A DNA stretch of 64,000 nt from Camelus ferus (lineage: Eukaryota): NCBI RefSeq assembly GCF_009834535.1, contig NC_045697.1, forward strand, positions 9,736,001 through 9,800,000. The letters run 5' to 3'. This document shows positions 49,701 through 63,409 of the stretch, piece by piece. The notes beneath the pieces are model-generated. The model had not been told where the DNA came from. It worked only from the letters and a program-made list of their open reading frames with translations, and ran no database searches. Numbering within the stretch: position 1 is the first letter of the stretch; each line of letters starts with the position of its first letter. The position numbers were made by a program, and so were the translations under genes.

Positions 49701-51139
49701 GCCCCGTGACTGCATTCATGAGGGTGAAACGCACGCATGATGTGATCGGTATCTGCTGAACAGTTTTTGGTCAGGCCATCATTTAAAGAGCACATCTAGG
49801 AGGCGGGCACTGTGCTGGGCAGCTGGTAGGCGTTAAGGTACATGTTACTGTTCTTTACAGACCAGCCAGGAGGGACAGCCAAGGCTAGTGCTGGCCCTCT
49901 AGTGTGATTCCCTCGACAGGGAAAGTGTGGCTGGTTGAATGTGCCTGGGAACTAATGCACTGAACCATCTGTGGATTAGGTGTTTGCTGAGCATGGACTC
50001 CATTGTTGAACAACCTCTTTCTGTATGAACGCAAATTTAGGAATGATACATATACAAGTATGTATGCACGTGTGTATATATGTATGTATCTGGAAGAATG
50101 TGTTTGTGTATGCATGTGTTGGGGGTATTAATTAGAGGTCATATTTCTTTTATTAAAAGAACATATTCTTATTGAGTGCCACAGAAAATAGATCTCTTTT
50201 TGGAACCTGAATTACCTACTTTATTGAATAGAAGAATATCATTAGGAAAATTGGCATTGCTTGTCAGCCACCAAAATTATAAAATTTTCTTTGGAAAGCA
50301 TTAACAATGAGGTAACTTTCTAAGATTTTCCTCTTGAAACGAGGTCACAGACCACATTCCCAAGCTCAGAAGCCCCAGCTGGCCCTCAGCCTGTGTACTG
50401 ACAGCATCTCTGTTCTGTATCTGGTACTGTGAGGGCACAAAGGACACAGAACTCAGTCTCAGCACCAAGGCTTGGGAGGACACAGCCTATTAGGTGAAAC
50501 AGAAGAGGACAAAAGAGCTATAAGAGGTGAGTGGAGATGCTTCGGGAATTCAGAGGAGTGAGCCACAAATAACAATTATGGAAACTGTGGTGATTAGCTG
50601 AGACTTCCAGACACATCTGACAGCCAGTTTTTAACTCCTCTCACTCAAGACCTTGGCTTCTAGCTTAACTTTGGCTCTCCCAGGGCAGATGGGGTCAGTG
50701 TGATCTTTACCAGCCCCAGGTCCTGACTGATGCTCTCATTAATTCATTCATCTTTAATCAGGGATATATTAAGCACAGAGTGCATCAGGTCCCTTGCACA
50801 ATAAGTATATATTTTGTTATATTAATTTGTAATGTCAGCCAAGTCAAATCCCTTTGGGAATGAGTGGGAGGATAGAGAAGGTGAATTCCAGTAATTACAA
50901 GTGACCCTCACCCCCAGCTGTATTTTGCAGAGATGACATTGCAGAATTGTAAGAGCATGATGCTTGGTGTCATAAACTCAGCACTCTGTATGTGACCTGG
51001 ACAACTTTCTGAACCTCATTTTCCTCATTATAATCTGAAAAGTAGAGATAAAAACACTTATCTTGCAAAGTATGCATTACATACATATGCAAAGGGCAAA
51101 GTATATTGATTAGGGCAAAGTAAAATAAATTGTAGAAAA

Positions 51140-51710
51140 TAAACTTACACAAGTGCAAAAAGGGAGTTTAGATTTATTTTAAAATTAGAGATAGGAAAAG
51201 TCCTCCTAAACAAGCCAAAAAAGTCCAGAAATCAAAGAAGAGTTATAATGGATATAAATACATGAAAATGATTAACCTCTACATGATAATATACAGCATA
51301 AACAAAAAATTTTAAAAGCATATAACAGACCAGAAAAACAGTCACAATGAATACCACTGACAAAGATTAACAACCAAAGCATTTAATGAGTTCCTGCAAA
51401 TTAATAAGAAAAATACAACCCCATAGAAAATTACCAAATACTATACATGAGCAATTCACAGAATTACAAATGGACAATGCAGATCTGAAAACATTCTCCA
51501 CCCAGCTAGTTCTTAAGGAATACAGATTTAAACAATAAGGTGATACCACTGTTTTCACCCACCATATTGACAAAAAATTTAAATATTGATAACCTCCCTT
51601 ACAGGCAAATGTATGGGGAAATAGGTACTTTCACATGCTGCTGTATACAATCTTATATCCACTAATTCCACTTCTAGTCATTTACCCTAAAACAATTACA
51701 TATATACACA
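51140..51710 (+). mobile_element. L1ME-type ORF2 3' fragment
   Basis: 'gagttcctgcaaattaataagaaaaatacaaccccatagaaaa...gataccactgttttcacccaccatattgacaaaaaattt'. Confidence 0.65.
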
Positions 51711-53289
51711 GAAAGAGATTAACTAAAATAATTTATTCAACAAATACTTGGTGCAAACTTGTGTACTGTTCTATGAGCTGAAATAATAGTAAAAAAAAGA
51801 GAAGAGTTTCCTGCATTTATATTTGTTAAGCATTCTGTCCAATTTCAATTTCTAGACTTCACAATCACACAATATAAATGTATTTTCTGTTTGTGCTCAG
51901 GGAGTTTTCATTATCCTCAAAGCTCCACTGCTGATAGCATATACACTTGCAATTGAAAATGATACCAAGTTATGACTAATTTTTATGGAACACATTACAA
52001 AGAGCTTTCACATCTATTATCTCATGTTTCTCATGCACCAACCCTGTGACTTAGGTAAATGATTATTTTGATCACCATTGACTCTCCAGAGCCAAGCAAG
52101 ATGCAAGGTATACAGCAGACACCAAATAAGAGTTTGTTGGAGGAATCAAAGTTAAGAGGCACGGTTAGAGGCATGGAGATGCCAGGCAGCATCACACGTC
52201 GTCCAACCCAAGATTGCTACTTTCGCTTCTTGGACTTTTCCAGCTACACTATGCCTGCAGTTTCTAGAATCATCTAATCATAAGATTTTAGGTAACGCCA
52301 TTTTACTTTGTAGCTGCCATTCTTCTAAGTTTAAGAAACTTGTTGTCTTGCTTTTTTGTTTTTAAATAGAAAATTAGGTATTTTATTAATGGTCACTTTA
52401 CAAAACATGAACTGTTCTCATAAAATCTGAAACCGAGAGCAAATAGAGCTCACAGTTTAGAGTGTAGAAAGAAGTCTTGGTAACACTCAGATCTGAGCCT
52501 GCTGAGAAATCTGACTTGTGTTTTAATTCTAACCATATATGTGTGACTTGGACATAAAATTAGATGATTATTCTAATTAAAAGCTGACTCCTTCTGGCTC
52601 AAAAATGTGATGATGCATCAACTTTCTCAGCCACACCTGCTGGGTAATTGTGGATGTCAAGGGTTGTGTTTTAGTTTACTCTGACGGGCAGGAATACACA
52701 TTGCAAAACAAAGTCATTTCAGGCGGTTCTGTGAGCCACGGTTTTAGGCTCCACAAGTTGCAAACTTAATTACAACAAAGAGTAAGCACTAGTTCTTTCA
52801 CGTGATTAAATGAGTCAACAGGGGAGAGTGTGTTCAGTCCCATCCTCTTTCTTGGAGAAATAGGACTCGACAAATGCTATGACATGAATTTGCAGATGTA
52901 AAGGCAGTGGATATGAATTATGGAAAAGGAAAAGTCTGTTCTTAGGCAATCACTTTGTCCTGAAGGTTTGCTGACAGAACCAATCCTCAGACAGGATATA
53001 ACACGATCAGTTACATCCTTCCAGATTACAAAGAATAACAAACACACATAGTCCCTCACTTACTTTTCATGACAGTAAAAAGCAAATGGGCTTTGGAATG
53101 TCAAAAACCCTGGTCGCAAATTCCAGCCTTTGCTGTGAATGACCTCGAGTAAGCCATTTAATCTCTCTCAACCTTAAGCTTCTAATCCACAAAATTAGGA
53201 TAATATTTTCCTTCCAAGATTTAAGTCACAAATGTATTTAAGCCCCCTAGTAGAGTCCTGACAGGAAATAAATGCTGACTAAATATATA

Positions 53290-56200
53290 CCTGTACCCCA
53301 GTTTGTTTACCCATTCACCTGCTGAAGGACATCTGGGTTGTTTCCAGTTTTTCCCATAACAAATAAAGTTCCTTTGAACATTTATGTACAGGTTTTTGTG
53401 TGAACATAAATTTTCATTTCCCTGAGCCAAGTTCCCCAGAGTGTAATTGCTGGATTATATGGTAGTTGCCTGTTAGGTTACAAAAAATTTGCCAAACTGT
53501 TTTCAAGAATGGCTGTACCATTTCACATTCCCACCAGCCACAAACGTATGAGAGATCCAGTTTCTTCACATTCTCACGAGCATTTGGTATTGTCACTATT
53601 TTTCATTTGATCCATTCTGATATCTGTGTAGTGATCTCTCACTACGGTTTTAATTTGCATTTTCCTAATGGCTAATGAAGTTAAATAAATTTTCACAGGC
53701 TTATTTTCCATCTGTCTTTCCTTTTTTGTGAAATGTCTGTTCATGCCTTTTGCCCATTTTCTAAGCAGGTTGTTTGTTTCTGTGGTGTTGAGCTTTGAGA
53801 ATTACTTATATACTATAGATATCAGTTCTTTGTCAGGTAAGTGATTTGCAAATATTTTCTCTCAGTCTATATTTTGTCTTTTCATCCCCTTAAAATGTCA
53901 TTCCCAAAGCAAAAGTTTCTAATTTTGATGAAGTCCAGTTTATCCATTTTTTTCAATTTTTAGTGTCATATCTAAGAACTCCTTCACTCGACCCTAGGTC
54001 ACAAAAATTCTCTACGTGCTTTTCTAAAAGATTAGTGGTTTTAGTCTTGCATTTAAATCTATGATCCATTTTGAGTCAAGTTTTATATCATGTGTGAAGT
54101 TTATGTTGAGGTCCTTTTTTTTTTTTTTTGCCTATAGATTATAATTGCTCTAGCACCATTTGTTGAAAAGGTTATCATTCCTCCATTGAACTGCTTCTCA
54201 ACTTTGTCAAAAATCAGTTGGGCAATTTTGTGTGGTCTGCTTTTTGCTCCATCCTCTATTCTTATGTATTAATCTGTGTCCATGCCGCCACCAATAATAT
54301 GCAGTCTCCAATACCACACCTATGTAAGTCTTGAAATTGGGTAGAGTGATTTCTTACACTTCATTTCCCTTTTTCACAATAGTTTTCACTATGTTAGTTC
54401 CCTTGCCTTTCTATGTAAATTTTAGAATAATCTTTCCTATATCTCCAAAAAATGTTACTGAGATTTTTGTTAGGAATTTCATTAAATCTTCTATCAGTCT
54501 GGGGAGAATCGACATTTTTACTATGTTGAATCTTTCAATCCATAAACATGGCATTCCTCTTCATTTATTTAGATCTTCTTTGATTTTTTCACTAGTACTT
54601 AGTAGTTTTAAGCATCAAGTTTTATACATATTTGTTATATTTACCCTTAAGAATTTCATTTTTAAGCAATTGTTAATGGTATTATATTTTTCATTTTGGT
54701 GTCTGTGTGTTCATTGCTGGCAAATAAAAAATGCAATTGATTTCTGTTGTTCATCTTGTATCCTGTCATGTTTCTGAACTTACTTTTGAGTGCTAGAAAG
54801 GATTTTTTTGGGTAGATTCCTTGAGATTTCTACACAGACACTCATGCCATCTGCAAATAGTGAGTTTTGTTTTTTCCTTCCTGATCTGTATATCTTTATT
54901 TCCTTTTCTTGCACTAATTGCATGAGCTAGAACTTCAGTATTATATTTAGTAAAATGATGAAAGCTAACATCTATGTCTTAGTCCCAGTTTTAAGGGGAA
55001 AGCATTCACTCATTCACCATTAAATATAACACTAACTATAGATATTTTCTGTATGCTTGTTAACAAATTAAGGGAGCTCTCTTGTATTCCTATTTTTCTG
55101 AGAGTTTTTATCATGCATGGGTGCTAAGTTTTGTCAGATGCTTTTTCTGCATTGATTGATAAGATCATATGATTTTTTTCTTGTAATATAGTGAGTTATA
55201 CTGATTTTTTTAATATTGAACAAGTCTTGCATTCTTGGAATAAATACCATTTCATCATAAAGAATAATTCTTTTTCTATTTTGTTGAATACCTGCTAATG
55301 TTTTGCTAGAGATTTTTGTGTCTCTATCTACGAGGGCTAGTCATCAATAGTTCTTTTCTTTTTCTCAACTGTCTTCTTTGGGTTTTCATGTCAGAGTATT
55401 ATTAATTTCATAAAATGAATTAGGAAGTGCTAGCTCCTTTTCTTTTTTCTTTTTCTTTCTTTCTTTTTTTTTTTTTTTGGAAGACATTGTGTAGAATTCA
55501 TGTTAATCGCTTTTCAAGTGTCTGGTAGAATAATCCAGTGAAGTCATCTGGGCCTGGAGATTTCCATTTGGAGAGTTTCAAAATTATAAATTCAGGGGTT
55601 ATTTAAAAGTATGTTGTCTAGCTTTTAAGTGTTTGGATATTTTCCTGTTATTTTTCTATTAATTATTTCTAGTTTGATTCCATGAGGTCAGAGAACATGC
55701 TCTGGATAATTTTAATTCTTATAAATTTGTTGTAGCTTGTTTTATGGTCCAGTGTATAGCCTAACCTGGTGTATGTCTCATGAGTGCTTGAAAAGAATGT
55801 GTATTCTATTACTGTTGGGGGGAGTGTTCTATAAATGTAGATTAAATCTTGTTGGTTGATTGTGTTACTGAGTTCTTCTATATACCATGATTTTCTGTCT
55901 AGCTCTATCAATTGTTGAGAGAGGGATACTAAAATCTATAAATACAATTGAGGATTTATCAGTTTCTCTTTTCTATGAGTTTTGCTTCATATGTATTGCT
56001 ATTCCATTGTTTGGGGCATATACCTTAAGGGACTGCTATGTCTTAAGATAGTTTAGCTATTTTATGATCATGTATTATTGGCCTCTGTCTTTAGTATTGT
56101 TCTTTTCTTTGAAGTCTATTTTATCTGATATTAATATAGTCATTCTTTCTTTTGACAAATGTTTGAATGTTTTTTATATCCTTTTACTTTCAACCTACAT

Positions 56201-58960
56201 ATATCTTTATATTTGAAGTAAGTTTCTTGTAGACAGCATGTAGGTGAGGCATGCTTTTTAATCCACTCTGCCAATCTATGTCTTTTGTGTATTTAGACTA
56301 CTTACATGCAATGTTATTATTGATACATTAGGACCTAAGTTTGCCATTTCATTCTGTGTCTTCTGTTTGTTCTCTCTGGTTTTTGTTTATTTGTTTTCCT
56401 TTTCCTATTTTTCTGTGTGACACTGCAAGTTTTTAGAATTCAATTCTGATTTATCTATAGTGTCTTTGAGCATATTTTTTTGTTCAGATTTTTAGTGACT
56501 GTTCCATATGATATATACATAATTTATCATAATCTATTGGTGTTACCACGTTACCAGTTAGCATAAAGTATAGAAACTTCACTCTATGTCAATCTACCCT
56601 CCTACATTTCTAATATAATTGTCTTTTAAGTGTTTCCTCTACATGCCATCAGAACAATATCAGACAATGTTATAATTTGGGTGTCAACTATCAAACATAA
56701 GTTTAGAAACTCAAAGGACAAAGGAAAGTCTATTATATTTACCGTATTTTTGTTTAGCTGCTTCTTTCTTCTTTCTCTATGTTCCAAGCTTCTCTTTCAT
56801 TTAGAGAACTTCCTTTAACCATTATTTTAGGGTAATTCTCCTAGTGACAAATTCCCTTAGTTTATCTTAGAAAGTTTGGATATTTATTCTTGAAGGATAT
56901 TTTTAAAGATCTAGAATTCTGGGTTACTAGTTCTTTTCTTTCAGTGTTTGAAAAATATTGTGCCATTTCCTTCCATTCTGTGATTTTGGATGAGAAATCT
57001 GTTGTCATTTGAATGTGTTTTTTTTCCTGTATAGGTAAGGTTTTGTTTCCCTCTCACAGCTTTCAGAATTTTTCTTCCTCTTTAATTTTTAGATGTATAT
57101 ATGTCTTGGCATGGGTTTCTTGAGTTTGTCCTGTTTGGAATTCACTCAGCTTCTTTGAACCTATAGGCTTATGTCCTTTGCCAAATTTGGGAAGTTTTTA
57201 GTCACTCTTTCTTTAAACACTTTTTAGTCACAATCCCTTTTCCTCTCCTTCTAGTATTCTAGTGACACAAATGTTAGGTGTTTTGTTATGGTAATGTGGG
57301 TTCCTGAGTCTCTGGTCATTTTTACTCTGTCTAGTCTGCTTTCTCACTATTGTTAAGATTAGGTAATTTCTATTGTTATTTCTTTCAGTTTACTGCTTCT
57401 TTCCTCTGGCCCCTCCATTCAGCTATTAGTCTATCCACTGAGGTTTTTTGTTTTTTGTTTTTTTTTTTTCATTTTGGTTATTGTAGTTTGAAGTTCTAAA
57501 ATCTAGGTTTCTTTAGACCTTCTATTTCTTTGCTGAGATTTTTGTTTTTTCATTTGTTTCAAGCATGTCTGTAATTGCTCACTGAAACACTTTTATGATG
57601 GCTGCTTTAAAATTTTGTCAGCTGAATGGAAGGGGCAGAAAATAGAATCAGTGAACTGGAGGAAGGAACAATAAAAAAAAGTTACCAATCTGAACAACAG
57701 AGAGAGTAAACTAAAAAGAGAGAGACAGACAGACACCCATGGATCTGTATAACTATGATAAAAGTTCTAACATTTGTGTCACCAGAATATGGAAAGAAGA
57801 AGAGAAAGAGGGCAAAGCTGAAATAAAAAATAATAATAATGACTGAAGACCTCCCAAACCCTAACAACTGTCATCTCCATGTTAGCATTGATTGTATTTA
57901 TTCTCCCATGTTGAGATTTTCCTGGTTCCTGGTATGATGGATGAATCATTTTCAGCTGGAACTTGGGTATTTTTGGTGCTTTGTTAAGTTATTTCAACTT
58001 TGTTTTAGCTGGCTTTCATGATATTGCTGTGGAAGAGGAAGAGAGGACATTGCCCCAATACTGCCAGGCAGAGGTAGAAGCCCGAGTTCTCACCTGATCT
58101 CTCCTGACACCTGAGATGGGCAGGGGACTCCACAGTACTGCTGGGAGGAAATGAGAGGAATGAGGCCTCCCCAGCACCACTCTGGTTGGGAGTAGTAAGT
58201 GCACCTCATTAAGGCTGGGCACATGTCCACCTGTCACCACAGGGGTTGTATGGCCCTATGACCACCGGACACTTGTGATGAGTGTAAAACCCACTGGGAA
58301 AGTCCTGACTCATCCCCAGGTCTCCTCTGACGTCAGCCCACTAGGGAGGGAGAGGGTAACCTCATTGCTGCACGGTGTGGGTGAAAGTCCAGGTTTCACA
58401 CGTGGTCCCTCTGACGCTGTGGCTGGGGTGAGGGGCTTCATGACTACTCAGCAGGAACAAAAGTCCTGGCTCCCTACTCAGCCTTCTCTGACACCACTCC
58501 GTGGGTGGAGGGTACCTTACTGCAGCCTCGTGAGGCCTACAGGTTACTCTCTAGGCCTTTGCCAGCGTGGGTGGAGGTGGGACCACAATTCTTTCTGTGG
58601 TGTTTGGCTGGAGTTTAGTCGTTATTGTCTAAAAGCTTTCTGTGATGTGAAACTGCACCCCTTTTCGTGGTCCTTTAGCTACAGGGAGCAAGTTTTTGTT
58701 GGGGCTTTTTTTTTTTCAGTCTGTACCTGTGGTATTCTCAGGTTCTAGCATCTCTGGCTCTAATTTCGGGATAGAAAGGCAAAAAGAACACACAACAATC
58801 TCACAGCCTTAGTGTTCCTTTGGTTCCTAGGTCCCAAGACAGTTTGTCTTCTTCTCTCTACCTTTCAGATGTTGTGTTTGCTTTATATAAATGTCCAGGC
58901 TTATTAGTAGTACTTAGTGGGAGAAATAGGAAATATCATTTATTCTACCTTCACAGAAGC
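53290..58960 (-). mobile_element. Long decayed L1 (L1MC/L1MD-like): ORF2 with internal deletion, ORF1 and GC-richer 5' region
   Basis: ORF 55669..55911 gives an L1 endonuclease remnant ('NTINQQDLIYIYRTLPPTVIEYTFFSSTHETYTRLGYTLDHKTSYNKF'); continuous antisense L1 text; many stops and frameshifts. Confidence 0.9.
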
Positions 58961-61710
58961 AGTTCTGAATATTCATTTTTAATAACATTTTATTATAAAA
59001 ACAATTTTGAGTGACATTAAATGAAACGTTAAAGCTAGAAAAAACACTCCTATAGTGTTTACTAATATTATACGCAAGACACATAATATCTTACATGCAA
59101 GATTACAATTTTCAGGTAGTATTTATTTGTCATGTCGTAGCAAAGGCATGTACATGTCTAGCCAATGACCCAAGCTAAAGGCTGGTCTTGGTAGGTAGAT
59201 AGATAACTGTCTATGGGGATGTGGTTTGATTGTGTTAAGTAAGCCAGAACTCCTCAAATAAATCCTCTCTCTGGCTAGTGCATAGCATTACCAGGCTTAA
59301 ACTTTATCCCTAAGCTTATGTCTGTAATACCTGTTGAAATATAAACATCCATGGAGAATATATGGTACTATTCTTAACCCCAAGAGGGCTGTATGCTGTG
59401 AGCACTCACCAGCAGAAAGGAGCAAACAGATGCTTAATAGAAACAGATATGAAGACAGGCCATCACCACCCCCAAATATGTTTTTGAGATACACACATAT
59501 CTACATCTCTGACAAACAACCAAATGAACAAATAAAATGCCTAACTTAAATGGAACTTTGTATGATAACTAATATATTTATTGACAACTGCTTGATGTGC
59601 TGACAAGGTCACAAGGTCACAAGAGATCTGGATTCCTCTGTTCTCCTTCAGCCATTCAGGAACTAAGCTCCAGAAGTATTTATTCAGCACTTAGTATGTG
59701 ACAGGCACCACATTATATACTAGGGATAAGAACTTACAAATCACTTCACTATGCTTTCTCTTATCTGATGGCTCTTATACCAAAAAGACATTTCTAGGAA
59801 ATTAGCTTTCTTTATCAAAAATCTGCACTGTATTTTAGAAACTGCTTTCCCTTATCTCCACCCATAGTTCTTAATATAACATAGACACATAAGCTGTTAT
59901 TGTTCATACTTAACAAATGAGGGCAGTGGGGCCCAGAAATCTAAGTGACTTTCCCACAACAAGAGAAGCAGCCTTAACCAGCAGTCTTCTGACCCCCGAG
60001 CCCAGAACACTCTTCCGATCACACCTTGATGATGCTTAGTTCCTGGGAGCCACTTCCCCCTAAAGATTGTCAACCTTTGGTTAAAATCCCACCTTATGAT
60101 TATGTTTATTTTTCTAAATCCTTCCCATAAATCAAAAACTCCATGAGAGTGAGGACTTTATTACTATAATTCATTATAATTTTATACATCTGTCCTTGTT
60201 GACATTCCATTAATATCTGTTGAGTTAACTTGAATGACTGGAAGAGACTCTAGATACTGAAATAAAAAATAACCCTTATGCTCTTCCCTGTGATCAATCA
60301 ACCTGCCTCTGTCCCTTCCTAGCTCTGTGATCTCAAATAAATTAATAACATTTTCTTAGATTAGATTTCTTTCTTGTAAAATGGGCATAATGATGCTTAC
60401 TTTACAGGGTTGTTATGAATATAGGAGATAGCCAATAAATGTAATTATTATAATAAAATATGTAAAATTCCTAGGACAGTGTTTGGCGTGGAGCAGGCTC
60501 CCTCCCTCAGCTCTGCCCCTCCCCCACTAGATAGCAAACTTCATGAGGATGGGGACATGCTTATCAAAACCAATAGCAGAGTGCTGTGTAGTTATCAGAC
60601 ATCGGAAAGAGATTTGCTAAACAAATGGATAAATGAATGCAATACTGTGAAAGTATATTTAATTATCAGTATTATAAAATATTTAACTTTACGCAGACCA
60701 AATTGATGCAGTATTTTGGCAATATAGTAAGTCTATATATATATCTTCTAGACTTAAAATATATGATCATCAATCAGTCTGAATCGTTTCGTTTTTAACA
60801 CATTACTCTATTATTCATTTTACCTTTGAAATCCCCATCAGCTTCCTACTACCTGCCTTTATCCTTTCCTGGGAACTAATTGTTCATTCATGCATGCAAT
60901 TAACATTTCCTGAGCACTTACTGTCTACCACAAACCAGGCTGCAAAGATTCATAAGACTATCTCTCTGCCCCTAAAGGATTTATACCCTACAAGGAAGAA
61001 CCGATGTGTAAACAATTTATAATTAATGGAGGTGTTATGATAGAAGTACGAAAAAGTGCTAGGTTATAAGAGTGATTCAACCTGCCTGGGGAGTTTGCTT
61101 ATGAGAGCGCACATGTAGGAAAGTGATTTTTCTCTTTGTAAACTAAATTGACTTAGTGGCAATAAATACAGTTTCCATTTGTATAGCACTCCTTTGCAAA
61201 GTGCTTTCTTATCCATTTCTTCTTTTAATTCTCACAATGAAGGCTCTATAGTTTAGTAGGGATTTTTCAGTATATTCATCAAAAAAGGTAGCTATGAAGC
61301 CAACAGATAAATAATATAGGAATTCATTCTAAAGCCCATAGGTAGATAGACGATATAAGCCATAACTGAAATATGGCTTTGTTGGAGTTTCACAGAAATC
61401 ATTTCAAGAAAAGCTGATAGCAAAGACCTGTTCCTTCCTCTTTATCCTCAGCGCCATTGCCTTTACGTACCCATCATTCTGTCTGATAAGATAATGGTGG
61501 ACACAGAAACTGTGGCTTTTTTGTTGTTGTTTCTATATAGACTTACCTAATAGTAATAGTAAAATCTTGGCAACACAAATTTGGCCCCTGATTTTTTTTT
61601 TCTTAATTCATCACTGCATAAAATTCAGTCTGGGAACCACTGGACTAGCATTTTCTTTTGAGATCTCAGGAAGAGATCACTTTATTTTTACTACATATCA
61701 AAGATTCATG

Positions 61711-61893
61711 GCCTTTCTTGCTCTCTTGCTTTCCAAGATGGCCCACACTCTGTCTATGGAGTGTGTATCTACTTTTACTTTAAACTGAGCAGTCAACTTC
61801 ATACCTCTCAGTCTTTTTCTTGCCTTAGATGGCCTGCACTCTGCCTATGGAGTGTAAACCTCTCTAAATAAATCTACTTTTACTCAAAAAAAA
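61711..61893 (+). mobile_element. Polyadenylated LTR-like fragment flanked by a TSD (processed retrocopy)
   Basis: AATAAA at 61867-61872, A-tract from 61886, direct repeat 'aaagattcatg' at 61700-61710 and 61894-61904. Confidence 0.75.
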
Positions 61894-61904
61894 AAAGATT
61901 CATG

Positions 61905-62850
61905 ACATTTATATTCATTTAACATAGCAGTAAAATATATCCTTTTGTAAGCATATTCTGTGCTTTATGCAAAGGAACCAGTCAGATAAATCAAAACTAG
62001 GCAGATATGAGTCTATCATGGATTTTACATTCAATGAACTAAATAGACAATAAAATAAATGAATAAATTGAATCTTATAGGTTGGTGACAAGTGCTAATA
62101 AGGAAATAAAGAATGGTATGGGAAGGGAGGTACCTTGGAGAGGGTGGTCCACAAAGGCCTCTATGAAGAAATTACATTTTAGATGAGACTTAAAAGATGA
62201 GGAGCCAGCCATGCAGTTGGAAGAAGAGCCTGCTGGGCCAAAGAAGAATTTTGGAGTGGTTGAAGAACTGAGAGACCAGCATGCATGCAAACAATGAGAG
62301 AGGGGGAGGGTGACAGAAACTGACAATAGATCATGCAGGACCTGATGGGCCAAGGCAAGGAAACCATTGAAAGATTTTAAGTAAGTGCGTGGTGAACCTG
62401 AATGCAACAGTGGCTTCAGAGTGCAAGGTGGAGAAAGAATTATATGAGAGCAGGAAAGAAGCAAGAAGACCAGTTACAATGCTACTGTAATGGTCCATTT
62501 GAGAAATACACTGCCAATACTGGTGGCAGTGGCAGTGTGGCAAGAGGATGGACTTGAGAGACACTTCGAAAACCATCAAGGCCATTTTGGAAAACAGTAA
62601 AAAGAATCAAGGATGATTCCTAGGTTTCTGGCCTGAAGCAACAGGATAGATGATGGAGCTAAGATAGAAGAGATGAATGGAAGAAAAAAAACAGAGCAAA
62701 GTTGAGTTTTTTTTGAAATTTTATGTTTGAGATGTCTATGAAACATTCAAGTGGAGCTATTAAGTAGGCAGTTGGATAAACAAGTTCATTCTTCAGAAGG
62801 AGGTCCTGTACTAGTTATGTAAGTGTGAGAGTTTTCAATATATAGATGGG
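61905..62850 (-). mobile_element. L2 LINE 3' portion
   Basis: 'gggtggtccacaaaggcctctatgaagaa...aaggatgattcctaggtttctggcctga...gtttgagatgtctatgaaacattcaagtggagctattaagtaggcagttggata'. Confidence 0.85.
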
Positions 62851-63409
62851 TGGAGATAAATTAATGCATTAAATGTACTGCTGAAATAATGTATGGAAAG
62901 TAGCAGAAACATCACTTGGCATGTAGCAAATGTGTTCAAAATACATTAACTATAGGATGCTGCTTATGGTTAGAAAATTCTTCACACAGTGTAACCCAAA
63001 TCTTTTCTACTAAGGATAAACTGCTTTTTTATCATTTTCTTCTCAATAGTAATAGAGAACATTCAGTAGCCTTAATAAAGTATTTATGTATTTGGAGACT
63101 TATTTAGAATGTTTTACGTATTTATAGGTAGAAATACAAAAGAAAATACAAAAGAGAAAAGTCTACTAATATAAAAAATACATGACATATATAACAATAT
63201 ATTATATAATACAAGGTCTATTGTATACAACAGGGTAAAGTATATAACTGTACATAATTTGGTTTAAAAATATTTTTAAGAAATTGAATGGAAACATGGT
63301 TATTCATATTTTCATAGTCCTAGTACCTATATATATATATTAAAAAAATACATTCCAGAATGATGATCAATTAATTTATGACACAGTAGATTAATTACTT
63401 TTATGCTGT

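Noticed and set aside
54331..54777. 148-aa hydrophobic, membrane-protein-like ORF
   Set aside because: Antisense reading of L1 ORF2
55669..55911. Endonuclease-like ORF as an active gene
   Set aside because: Fragment of decayed L1 ORF2 with stops, frameshifts and an adjacent deletion
58275..58748. 157-aa ORF in GC-richer sequence
   Set aside because: Falls within the 5' region of the old antisense L1; no homology recognised
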